Positions 27,859-36,381 of a stretch of 64,000 nt of DNA are shown here, in pieces; the stretch's first letter is position 1; each line of letters opens with the position of its first letter. Source of the DNA: Candidatus Latescibacterota bacterium (lineage in GTDB: Bacteria > Latescibacterota > UBA2968 > GCA-2709665). The translations under genes and the position numbers were made by a program. The notes beneath the pieces were generated by a model. That model saw only the letters and a list, made by a program, of their open reading frames with translations, was not told the origin of the DNA and did not search any database. The stretch spans positions 128,001 through 192,000 of the forward strand of contig CBDDDZ010000004.1 in assembly GCA_965226795.1 (NCBI GenBank), given 5' to 3'.

Positions 27859-29450
27859 CCGGCAAACTGCCCATCAACATAGACCACCTGCTTCGCCAGC
27901 GCCCCATCGAAGGCGAACGCGTTGAGTACAAAGCGGGCTGGAACCCGCAGAGCGTGCTGCACGCCATCTGCGCCTTCGCCAACGACTTCCACAATCTGGG
28001 CGGTGGATACGTCGTCCTCGGCGTCGAGGAACAAAATGGCCGCCCAGTTTTGCCGCCCAGGGGCATCAGGCCCGATGCCATCGATGCGATACAGAAGGAC
28101 CTGCTGAATCTGGGCAATTCTGCGATCCAGCCCTATTATCACCCGCTCACGGGAACCTACGACGTCGACGGACGGAACATCCTCGTGCTCTGGGCGCCCG
28201 GCGGCGAAACCCGTCCCTATAAAGCCAAAGTGACTCTGAGTGCGCAACGCAGCGAGTGGGCTTACTACATCCGCAGACACAGCAGCACGGTTCGCGCCAG
28301 GGGTCAGGACGAGCGTGAACTGCTCAGTCTGGCGGCCACGGTACCTTTTGATGACCGCTATCGCCAGACTGCATCTCTCGACGACCTGTCCCATCGGCTG
28401 ATCCGTGAGTTTCTAGGGGAAATCGGCAGCGAACTGGCATCGGAAGCAGTGGGCCTGTCTGTTGAGGACCTGGGCAGGCGCCTGAACGTCGTCGGAGGCC
28501 CGCCCGAAGCGATGTTCCCCAAGAACGTCGGGCTGCTTTTCTTCAACGACCGCCCACACGACTTTTTTCCGGCAACCCAGATCGATGTCGTGTGGTTTCC
28601 GGATGGGCCGGGCGGAGATCAGTTCGAGGAGAAGGAGTTCCGTGGGCCGTTGTCCATCATCCTCAGCGAGGCGATCGGCTACATTGAGCGGAACTTTCTG
28701 AAGGAAACCGTCGTCAAGTATCCCCACAAGCCGGAGGCCGAGCGATTCTTGAATTTCCCGATTGGCGCCATTGAAGAGGCGCTGGTGAACGCCATCTACC
28801 ATCGCTCATACGAAGAGCGGGAGCCGGTGGAAGTTCGGATCACCCGCGAAGAATTGCTGGTCTTGAGTTATCCCGGGGCGGACCGCTCCATACCTATGGA
28901 TGACTTCAAGAAGGGGCAGGCCGTGAGCAGGCGCTACCGTAACCGGCGTATCGGTGAATTTCTGAAAGAACTCGACCTCGCCGAGGCCCGCTCAACCGGG
29001 GTGCCGAAGATTTTCCGGTCCATGCGGCAGAACGGCTCACCGGAACCCATCTTCGAAAGCGACGAGGATCGGACCTGGTTTCGAGTGCGTCTGCCTGTGC
29101 ATGAGCGGGCATTACTCGTCGCGACCGGACAAGATACCCAACAAGATAAATCGTTGATAAATAATGAAAAGGGACAAGATACCCAACAAGACACCCAACA
29201 AGACACCGACCATATCGAGCAACTGGTGGCTGTGCTCACTGGAGAGATGAGCCGCGCTAGTATCCAGGCAGGATTGGAACTCAAAGACCGACCCCATTTC
29301 ATTGAAACGTACCTAAAGCCTGCGCTGGAGGCCGGGTTGATTGAAATGACCCTCCCGGACAAGCCCACCAGTCGCCACCAGCGCTATCGCCGAACCGCTC
29401 ACGGCGAGGCACTCGCAGAGCAGATTAAAAGAAAGATCGGCCCTGCATGA
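27855..29450 (+). CDS. Intact AlbA_2-HATPase_c_4-wHTH protein
   Basis: EGERVEYK, ICAFAND, EEALVNAIYHRSY, YRNRRIGEFL, STGVPKI, QDTQ repeats, PDKPTSRHQRY. Confidence 0.9.
   Translation: MTGKLPINIDHLLRQRPIEGERVEYKAGWNPQSVLHAICAFANDFHNLGGGYVVLGVEEQNGRPVLPPRGIRPDAIDAIQKDLLNLGNSAIQPYYHPLTGTYDVDGRNILVLWAPGGETRPYKAKVTLSAQRSEWAYYIRRHSSTVRARGQDERELLSLAATVPFDDRYRQTASLDDLSHRLIREFLGEIGSELASEAVGLSVEDLGRRLNVVGGPPEAMFPKNVGLLFFNDRPHDFFPATQIDVVWFPDGPGGDQFEEKEFRGPLSIILSEAIGYIERNFLKETVVKYPHKPEAERFLNFPIGAIEEALVNAIYHRSYEEREPVEVRITREELLVLSYPGADRSIPMDDFKKGQAVSRRYRNRRIGEFLKELDLAEARSTGVPKIFRSMRQNGSPEPIFESDEDRTWFRVRLPVHERALLVATGQDTQQDKSLINNEKGQDTQQDTQQDTDHIEQLVAVLTGEMSRASIQAGLELKDRPHFIETYLKPALEAGLIEMTLPDKPTSRHQRYRRTAHGEALAEQIKRKIGPA
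29124..29216 (+). repeat. 12-bp tandem repeat (ACCCAACAAGAY-type) in two arms around an AT-rich spacer with an IHF consensus
   Basis: Units at 29124, 29136, 29169, 29181, 29193 and 29205 (degenerate). The reverse complement of 29147-29159 is TATCAACGATTTA, matching WATCAANNNNTTR. Confidence 0.85.
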
Positions 29451-29924
29451 ACACTGCACCCATCGTCGGCAACGTCTGGAGCTTCTGCACCACCTGCGCG
29501 ATGACGGGGTGAGTTATGGCGACTACCTGGAGCAACTCACCCATCTGATCTTCCTCAAGATGTCCGACGAGTACGGCAAACCCCCTACAACCGCGACGTC
29601 GGCATTCCGGCAGGCTTCAACTGGCAAAGCTTGAAGACGAAGAGAGGCGCGGAACTCGACGGCCATTACGCCGCCCTGCTCCGCGAACTCGGGACCAAGA
29701 CGGGCATGCTTGGTCAGATTTTTACCAGGTCCCAAAACAAGATCCAGGACCCTGCAAAGCTATACCGCCTGGTCGACATAGTCGATGACACTGAATGGGT
29801 CACGCTGGGCGCCGACGTAAAGGGAGACATAAACGAAGGGCTTCTTGAGAAGAACGCTGAGGATACCGAATCAGGCACAGGTCAGTATTTCACGCCCCGT
29901 GCTCTCATCCGTGCGATGGTTGAA
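29447..29924 (+). pseudogene. hsdM remnant (5' third, two frameshifts)
   Basis: MNTAPIVGNVWSFC...GQYFTPRALIRAMVE is near-collinear with 14069-14548; single-base losses near 29493 and 29583. Confidence 0.9.
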
Positions 29925-29965
29925 AGACGGCCTCGGTCACACCTGCCTGCCGAGGCCGTCTTTCA
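29921..29965. terminator. Perfect 16-bp inverted repeat, probable terminator
   Basis: TGAAAGACGGCCTCGG / CCGAGGCCGTCTTTCA. Confidence 0.65.
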
Positions 29966-30085
29966 TTTCAGGGACTGCCGGGCGGTCGACAGTTTTCAGT
30001 GATTGCCTGCAAGGGTATCCATGATAGGTGACGCCGATCATTCTGCGGTACCCTGTCTTCCTGCAATCTACTCACGTATAGGAGG

Positions 30086-30274
30086 TTGGTTATGGCTGGA
30101 CCCATGTATGCAGATGAGCTCAGAGATCATCGGACGGATATCAAAGAGCTCCTCGAATTGATCGTTGCACAAAACCACGCAGCAAGGACAGCTCTTGACA
30201 TAGACTGGCATGTTGCAAAGAAGCGAATGGATCCCGTGTTTAAGGAAAGACTCGATAAAGTTCTCAGGCGCTAA
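30086..30274 (+). CDS. Small hypothetical protein
   Basis: GGAGG upstream and a plausible helical 60-aa product; no recognised motif. Confidence 0.35.
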   Translation: MVMAGPMYADELRDHRTDIKELLELIVAQNHAARTALDIDWHVAKKRMDPVFKERLDKVLRR

Positions 30275-30479
30275 CAGGAGAACCGATATTTCTACGTGCG
30301 TGAAGAAACGTCGTCAGTCCGTATGAAATATGGGCGTTTTTCGTAGCTATTCAGCCGTTCACGGAATAAGCTCATTCGTCTTATGTCGCTGCTGTCCAGG
30401 AACGAAGCCGATTTCCGACAGGTGTGACGGAAGGTCTAAACGCAAAAACCACAAATAATGACTCACGCTGGCTGCATAC

Positions 30480-30610
30480 GGTAAAGGCTTGAAATCCCCC
30501 CACCGCATCAGCCGTCGCCGGGCCCTTCGACAAGCTCAGGGGGCGGCTCGGCTTCTGCCTGCCTGTCCTGCGGACGCAGACAGGCGACTCCCCCTCAAGG
30601 GGGAGTGATT
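30480..30610. repeat. Composite REP-like element, copy 1
   Basis: AATCCCCCCACCGCATCAGCCGTCGCC...GGCTCGGCTTCTG...CGACTCCCCCTCAAGGGGGAGT, near-identical to 33588-33752. Confidence 0.85.
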
Positions 30611-30796
30611 GCGACGTGAGCGCACGATAGCCGGTGTGGAATGCCTCCGCGAGGCGGAGTGATCGCGAGGTGTCATTGGGCGGCTCTTCAGTGATACGCC
30701 GACCAGTAACAATTCGCCGAATATTACAAATGTGACTGTACGACGCTCGCGCCGTCCGCTCGCAGCGTTTTTCGACGCGGCTGACAGACTCTTCTC

Positions 30797-30903
30797 TTGA
30801 CCTTTGCGTCCCGATCCTTTAGATTGTCACGTCGCTATCATTCGACAAATGGACGCTCTCTTAACCGTCAATTGGCCGCTTGCTAATCCGACAAATGGAC
30901 GCT
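30797..30903 (+). promoter_or_regulatory. Sigma70-like promoter followed by three 12-bp direct repeats at 23-bp period
   Basis: TTGACC-17bp-TAGATT (30797-30825); CAAWTGGMCGCT at 30846, 30869 and 30892. Confidence 0.65.
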
Positions 30904-32142
30904 AACCGTTCCCTGTTTCTCCGCTCGCTGGAACCCGTAATCCGGGAGGCTTTGGCCGACACGCCGGTGGTCTGCCTGCTCGGACCGCGCCAAAGCGGGA
31001 AAACGACGCTCGTGCAGCAACTTGCGCCAGACCGTGCATACGTCAGCCTGGACGAGCACAACTACCATCAGACCGCCCTGGCCGATCCGGCCGGTTTCGT
31101 CGCCAGCCTGCCGGAGACAGTGACCCTGGACGAGGTGCAACGGGTGCCGGCACTGCTCCCCGCCATCAAGCTCGCCGTGGATCAGGACCGCCGTCCCGGT
31201 CGTTTTGTGCTGACGGGCTCGGCCAATCTATTGCTGGTGCCGACCGTAACCGAATCCCTGGCCGGCCGGATGGAAATGGCGCAATTGCACCCATTGACGG
31301 AATCCGAAAAAGCGCGCGCGCCGGGTCGCTTCCTCAGCGACCTGCTGAACGGCACAATCAAGCCGGGCATCCGACCCGAGGCGGCGCCCGAAGGGCCGTC
31401 GCTGCCGGAGCGACTGGTAGCCGGCGGCTATCCCGAGCCGCTGACTCGCACGCCCGGCCGCGCCCGGCAATGGCACAGGCAGTATCTACGCAGCATCATC
31501 GATCGGGACGTGCAAGACGTGGCGCGGGTGAGAGATGCCCACGAGTTGGCTCGCCTTTTGGAGCTGTTGGCCCTTCGTAGCGCTGAACTATTGAACACCC
31601 TCAATCTGGCCAATACCTTAGGACTGCACCGGTCGACGGTAGATCACTACATCGCCGTACTCGAGCGGCTCTTTCTGGTGCGACGCCTTCCCGCGTGGCA
31701 CCGCAACCCGGCCAAACGGCTCATCAGAACACCAAAGGTCCATCTCCTCGATAGCGGGCTGGCTGCAACCCTCGCCGACCTGACCGCGGACGATTGGCTC
31801 GGCAGGAGGGACCGCATGGGACATCTGTTGGAGTCCTTTGTGGTGCAGCAACTCATTGCCCAGGCCACCTGGACGGAACCGGATTTGCGTTTCTGGCACT
31901 ATCGCGACAAGGATCGGGTGGAAGTCGATGTAGTAATTACCCGGGGCCAGAAGACATGGGGTATTGAAGTCAAAGCCGCCCATGCGCTCACCTCCGGAGA
32001 CGGGAAGGGGCTTGTCCGGCTGGCCGATCGCTGCGGCGAGGATTTCGAGTCCGGCGTACTCCTCTACGCAGGCCGCGATCGACTCCCGTTGGCCGACAAG
32101 CGCATAATCGCAGTGCCGTTGAGCGAATTGTGGGAGCGGTAG
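30895..32142 (+). CDS. AAA_14 ATPase with wHTH and DUF4143 (PD-(D/E)xK) domain
   Basis: GPRQSGKTT, LDEVQR, LTGSA, ESLAGR, GGYP, PKVHLLDSGL, EVDVV..IEVK. Confidence 0.9.
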   Translation: MDANRSLFLRSLEPVIREALADTPVVCLLGPRQSGKTTLVQQLAPDRAYVSLDEHNYHQTALADPAGFVASLPETVTLDEVQRVPALLPAIKLAVDQDRRPGRFVLTGSANLLLVPTVTESLAGRMEMAQLHPLTESEKARAPGRFLSDLLNGTIKPGIRPEAAPEGPSLPERLVAGGYPEPLTRTPGRARQWHRQYLRSIIDRDVQDVARVRDAHELARLLELLALRSAELLNTLNLANTLGLHRSTVDHYIAVLERLFLVRRLPAWHRNPAKRLIRTPKVHLLDSGLAATLADLTADDWLGRRDRMGHLLESFVVQQLIAQATWTEPDLRFWHYRDKDRVEVDVVITRGQKTWGIEVKAAHALTSGDGKGLVRLADRCGEDFESGVLLYAGRDRLPLADKRIIAVPLSELWER

Positions 32143-32190
32143 GGCCTGCCCACTCGTAGCACTGTTCGGCCCGGCTGACCGACTCGACAC

Positions 32191-32530
32191 GTGACTTCGG
32201 CGTCCCCTTCCCTATAGGTTGCCACGTCGCAGCCATTCGACAAATGGACGCTCTCTTAACCGGCAATTGGACGCTAATGAAACAAATGGACGCTAATCAT
32301 TCCCTATTCATCCGCTCGCTGGCGCCCGTAATCCGGGAAGCTCTGGTCGACACGCCGGTGGTCTGTCTGCCCGGACTGCGGCAAAGCGGGTAAACCGCCT
32401 CCAGCCGCTAACGGAATCCGGATCGCTGGAAATGATCATACCGGAAAATCCAACCAGCAGCAAATAGAAATATCGAGTGACAAACAAGGGTCGGCAACTT
32501 CTGTCGGAGTTGGGAGAGGACGATGTCTGA
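32191..32530 (+). pseudogene. Duplicated promoter and 5' end of the AAA-DUF4143 gene fused to a wHTH 3' remnant
   Basis: ~32191-32395 mirrors 30797-31005. ~32397-32530 mirrors 26750-26873 (PENPTSSK*KYRVT). Confidence 0.8.
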
Positions 32531-32778
32531 CGACAGCGCATGGAACGAGACGCTGGTAGGAAAAAAGGTGACCTACCATATTGAGTTCGATGGGCGGCTC
32601 TTCCTCATGAAAACGTCCCGGCGCGATTGAAAACGTCCCGGCGCGAGTCAACGTGGAGACGGGTGAGAAGCACTTCTCACCGGAGACCGTTGAGCGCCTG
32701 CAGCAAGTGGTGTGGGAACGATGCCGTCCCGTTCGCACCATTGAGACTCCGGTTTATGAATACGCGGCCCTGGCCTGA
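32523..32778 (+). pseudogene. YgiT-type small protein, second copy, frameshifted by a 19-bp tandem duplication
   Basis: TGAAAACGTCCCGGCGCGA occurs at 32608 and 32628. Confidence 0.75.
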
Positions 32779-33000
32779 AGGGCCTGCCTGCCGCGCTCAC
32801 CGCGGCGCACGCAGGTCGGATTGCGATGCCGAAAGAGCGCCTATGTTGCGATATTGTGATACGACCTGCCGGGATTGCAGCCTCTCGCCGGCTTTGCGTG
32901 CAGGCAGTAATAATCGATTGTTGAGCGATCAATCAAGCTTCTGTGTGAACAGTCGGGCAAACTGACCGGATGATTTTGCGCCCGGATCTGGATAAACGGT

Positions 33001-33252
33001 ATGAAGACAACGCGCTACTTCAAGGAGCAGGTGTTGCGCAAGCGCCCATACATCAATCCTCACTGGTGCGTTGACGTCATCGCCTCCCCGCTTCGACGCG
33101 AAAGACAGCCGGACGGTCGTATCCGCTTCCGGGGCCAGGTCTCCCGCCCGGGAGAAGAGATGCTACGCATTCTGCGAGTCGTAACGTTGGATGATGGTGA
33201 GACCATCCACAACGCTTTCATTGATCGCGGTTTTCGAAAGGAAAGACCATGA
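33001..33252 (+). CDS. Putative TA toxin (RelE/BrnT-like fold)
   Basis: LRVVTLDDGETIHNAFIDRGF; ATGA overlap with the DUF2283 gene. Confidence 0.6.
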   Translation: MKTTRYFKEQVLRKRPYINPHWCVDVIASPLRRERQPDGRIRFRGQVSRPGEEMLRILRVVTLDDGETIHNAFIDRGFRKERP

Positions 33253-33464
33253 AACTTCATTACTATCCGGAAACCGATAGCCTGTATGTCGAGTTCAAAT
33301 CCGGACCAGGGACCGAAACGCGAGAGGTTGCCAGTGGGCTGAACGTCGATCTCGACGCCAACGGAGATGTCGTAGGCTTCGACATCGACGAGGCCTCCAA
33401 GCGCCTGGACCTTTCCACACTTGAAACGGAGGCGCTGCCGGTACGCGCTTACAAGGTGGGCTGA
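33249..33464 (+). CDS. DUF2283 domain antitoxin-like protein
   Basis: MKLHYYPETDSLYVEF...NVDLDANGDVVGFDI. Confidence 0.85.
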   Translation: MKLHYYPETDSLYVEFKSGPGTETREVASGLNVDLDANGDVVGFDIDEASKRLDLSTLETEALPVRAYKVG

Positions 33465-33587
33465 AGACGGACGATGATCGATTATAGACGAAAAGACTCT
33501 CTGTGGCCCGCATACCTCTCGCCTTGGAATCTTACAGTAAGACTTCTACACACAATGCGAGTATGTTTATTCACACTGCTTGAATTC

Positions 33588-33752
33588 GGTAAGGCGTTGA
33601 AATCCCCCCACCGCATCAGCCGTCGCCGGCCCTTCGACCCTTCGACAGGCTCAGGGACCGCAGGCTCAGGACAAGGCTCAGGGCCCGGCTCGGCTTCTGC
33701 CTGCCTGTCCTGCGGACGCAGGCAGGCGACTCCCCCTCAAGGGGGGAGTAAT
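33588..33752. repeat. Composite REP-like element, copy 2 (extra nested units)
   Basis: Same scaffold as 30480-30610, but the loop holds iterated CTTCGAC/GCTCAGG units. Confidence 0.85.
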
Positions 33753-33817
33753 GGGAGCGTTGGAAGGGGCATTTCCACGCATGTCCCTCCAGCGGCTTAT
33801 TCCATTCGGAGTCCTCT

Positions 33818-35230
33818 ATGACAAATGCCATTGACCACCATCGGCACGCCCGTATTCTGGTGGGCGCTGTATTATGCCTGTTTGTCCTACCCTGCAGCGC
33901 GAATCCGACGGACGGACCCCGGATGACCCTGGAGGCGTGCCTGAGGCAGGCCCTGTCCGGCAACCGCCAGCTACAGGCGGCCAGGTTCGCCGCGGAAAAG
34001 GCGAACTGGGATCGTTGGAACGCGTGGTCGCAGTTCGCGCCAAGGGTCAGCTTCAACACGGAAATTACCCGGATTGACGAACAGACGCTGGCAGAGCGGG
34101 ATTTTTCGCGGTACTTCCCTCCCGAGATCCCCGTGCCAAAGGTGGCATTCCGCACGTCATACTATTCGTCGTTTGAGGCGCACCTCCCAATCTTCGACGC
34201 GGAACTGATTAACGGCCTGTCGGTCGCGAGGACGGGACAGGCCGCAGCCGAACGGACGCGAGAGGCCATCCGGGATCAGATCCTGTACCAGGTCACATCC
34301 GGCTACCTGGAGGTGTTGAAACGCGGCGCGATGCTTGAGCTTCAGCGGGAGTTCCTCGTCCTGACCGGCCTGAACGTCGAGAAGGCCGAAAGGATGCACC
34401 GCGCGGGGAGATATTCGAAGCTGGATCTGCTACGGTGGCAGGTGGAAAACCAGCAGCAGAAAAGCAGCGTGGCCACCGGGGAGGCTGCGTTGCGAGATGC
34501 GACGGTTCGTCTGCGCCGGCTGCTAAACCTTCGTATGCTGCACTCCGGTGCGTTGGTGGACCGCATCCCGCCCCGACTCGACGTGGAGGTGACCCGGGTG
34601 GCGAGTCTGTCTGAAGATGAAATTCGGGCGCTCGTGGGCGTAGACAACCAGACATTGGTCGAGGGAAACGCCTTGCTGGCTGCCGCCGCACGGGACCGCG
34701 AACGCAGTCGCCTTGTCTACCGGGGGCAATATTCGAGCTACCTGCCCGACGTCTCTCTCAGTTATTCCACGGCCTGGCGCAGAAACGATACGCTGGCGTT
34801 GGACGACTACAGACCCTCGATGATCATGCTCAATATGTCGGTTCCCCTGTTCACCGGATTCCGCAACCTTTCACGTCTGAAATCGGCGCTCTTCAGTTAC
34901 CGGGCGCAGGATACACGCTTCTCCGATCTGGTGGACGAAACCCGGCAGACGCTCGGCGAGACGGTAAATCGGATCGTTAATCTGAAAAACCAGCGCGAAC
35001 TGATCAGGACCAGCCTGGACTTCAATGAGAACAACTACCGGATCGTCTCCCGGGAAAAGGAACTGGGGCGGGCATCGAACCTGGACGTCATCGACGCCAA
35101 GCTGAATCTGCAGAACGCCCGATTGATGGAGGTCACGACGCAGTTCGACCTTACCTCAGCGGTAATCGAGTTGAGTTATCTGATGGGCAGCCTCGACGAT
35201 CTGGTCGAAGAAATGGTGGAGTCAGAATGA
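33818..35230 (+). CDS. TolC family outer-membrane efflux protein
   Basis: Signal peptide, MTLEACLRQALSGN, SVPLFTG, G.ASNLDVIDA. Confidence 0.9.
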   Translation: MTNAIDHHRHARILVGAVLCLFVLPCSANPTDGPRMTLEACLRQALSGNRQLQAARFAAEKANWDRWNAWSQFAPRVSFNTEITRIDEQTLAERDFSRYFPPEIPVPKVAFRTSYYSSFEAHLPIFDAELINGLSVARTGQAAAERTREAIRDQILYQVTSGYLEVLKRGAMLELQREFLVLTGLNVEKAERMHRAGRYSKLDLLRWQVENQQQKSSVATGEAALRDATVRLRRLLNLRMLHSGALVDRIPPRLDVEVTRVASLSEDEIRALVGVDNQTLVEGNALLAAAARDRERSRLVYRGQYSSYLPDVSLSYSTAWRRNDTLALDDYRPSMIMLNMSVPLFTGFRNLSRLKSALFSYRAQDTRFSDLVDETRQTLGETVNRIVNLKNQRELIRTSLDFNENNYRIVSREKELGRASNLDVIDAKLNLQNARLMEVTTQFDLTSAVIELSYLMGSLDDLVEEMVESE

Positions 35231-36336
35231 AAACCAACGAGGCAATAACATACGCCTTCGCCGCTCTTTGCTGCTGCCTGCTTTCGTGCGGTCCGCACGA
35301 GGACTCCGATGCCGGCGGATCGGCCGACCGGGGCGCGGAAACCCTGCGGGCGGTCCCGGTCGAGGCCAGGGTTGTGCGGCTTGAAAACGTGGAGGAGGCT
35401 GTTGAGGTCTCGGGCGTTATCGTTCCGCACCGGGCGGTCGACGTGGTCACTGAGACCGGCGGGAAACTCACGCAGATCAGGGCCGAGGTCGGGGGCCGCG
35501 TTCGGTCCGGAGACACCCTCGCGGTGATCGACGACCGCGTGGCCAGGGCCCGGCTGGAACACGCGATGGCGCAGGTCCTTTCCTCCGAGAACAAACTGGA
35601 GATCGCACGGCTGAACTTCGAGAGCGACCGTCAACTGTTCGAACACGAGGACATTTCCAGGCTGTCCTTCGAGAATTCCCGGCTTGCCGTTAAGGCTGCA
35701 GAGGCCGATCTGAAGTCGAATCAGGCTGATCTGAGTCGTGCTCGTAAGGGATTTGAGGACACGCGGCTGACCAGCCCGATCGACGGATGGATATCCAGAA
35801 AACACGTCGAGTTGGGCGCGATGACATCGACCGGAGCTACGACGTATCGGGTGGTGAATCTGGACACGATGAAAGTCATACTCGGTATCCCGCAGACCGC
35901 CATCGGCCGCGTACAGGAAGGCGGGCCCGTACGCATTACCGTTGCCGCGCTGGGAGACCGGACCTTCGATGGTTACGTCCGCTACATCTCCCCCCAGGCC
36001 GAGGAGACTACCGGCGCGTTTCCCGTTGAGGTCCACCTGACAAATACGACCGACATGTCCATTCGCGCGGGAATGTCGGCCCGGTGCCGCGTGATACTGG
36101 ACAATTCAAGTCTCCAGTTCGTTGTCCCGGGCAACGCGGTCGTCGCCAGGGACGGGAAGGAGCATGTCTATCGGATCCGGGATGGCATCGCACGGCTTAC
36201 CGAGGTGAAAACGCGGGAAACGTTCGGTTCCCTTGTCGCCGTGGAAACGGGTCTTACGGAGGGGGATACGATTGTCGTGGAGGGCATGAATCGCCTGGGG
36301 GCTGCAACACACGTGGCGATTCGCGCTATACGATGA
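35227..36336 (+). CDS. RND efflux periplasmic adaptor (MFP), lipoprotein
   Basis: Lipobox LLSC, G.RV..GDTLA, LTSPIDG, IRAGMSA, GLTEGDTIVVEG. Confidence 0.9.
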   Translation: MKTNEAITYAFAALCCCLLSCGPHEDSDAGGSADRGAETLRAVPVEARVVRLENVEEAVEVSGVIVPHRAVDVVTETGGKLTQIRAEVGGRVRSGDTLAVIDDRVARARLEHAMAQVLSSENKLEIARLNFESDRQLFEHEDISRLSFENSRLAVKAAEADLKSNQADLSRARKGFEDTRLTSPIDGWISRKHVELGAMTSTGATTYRVVNLDTMKVILGIPQTAIGRVQEGGPVRITVAALGDRTFDGYVRYISPQAEETTGAFPVEVHLTNTTDMSIRAGMSARCRVILDNSSLQFVVPGNAVVARDGKEHVYRIRDGIARLTEVKTRETFGSLVAVETGLTEGDTIVVEGMNRLGAATHVAIRAIR

Positions 36337-36381
36337 GTCGAAAGCCCATCGGAGGGTTCTGGTACGTGAGGCATTCCTGAT

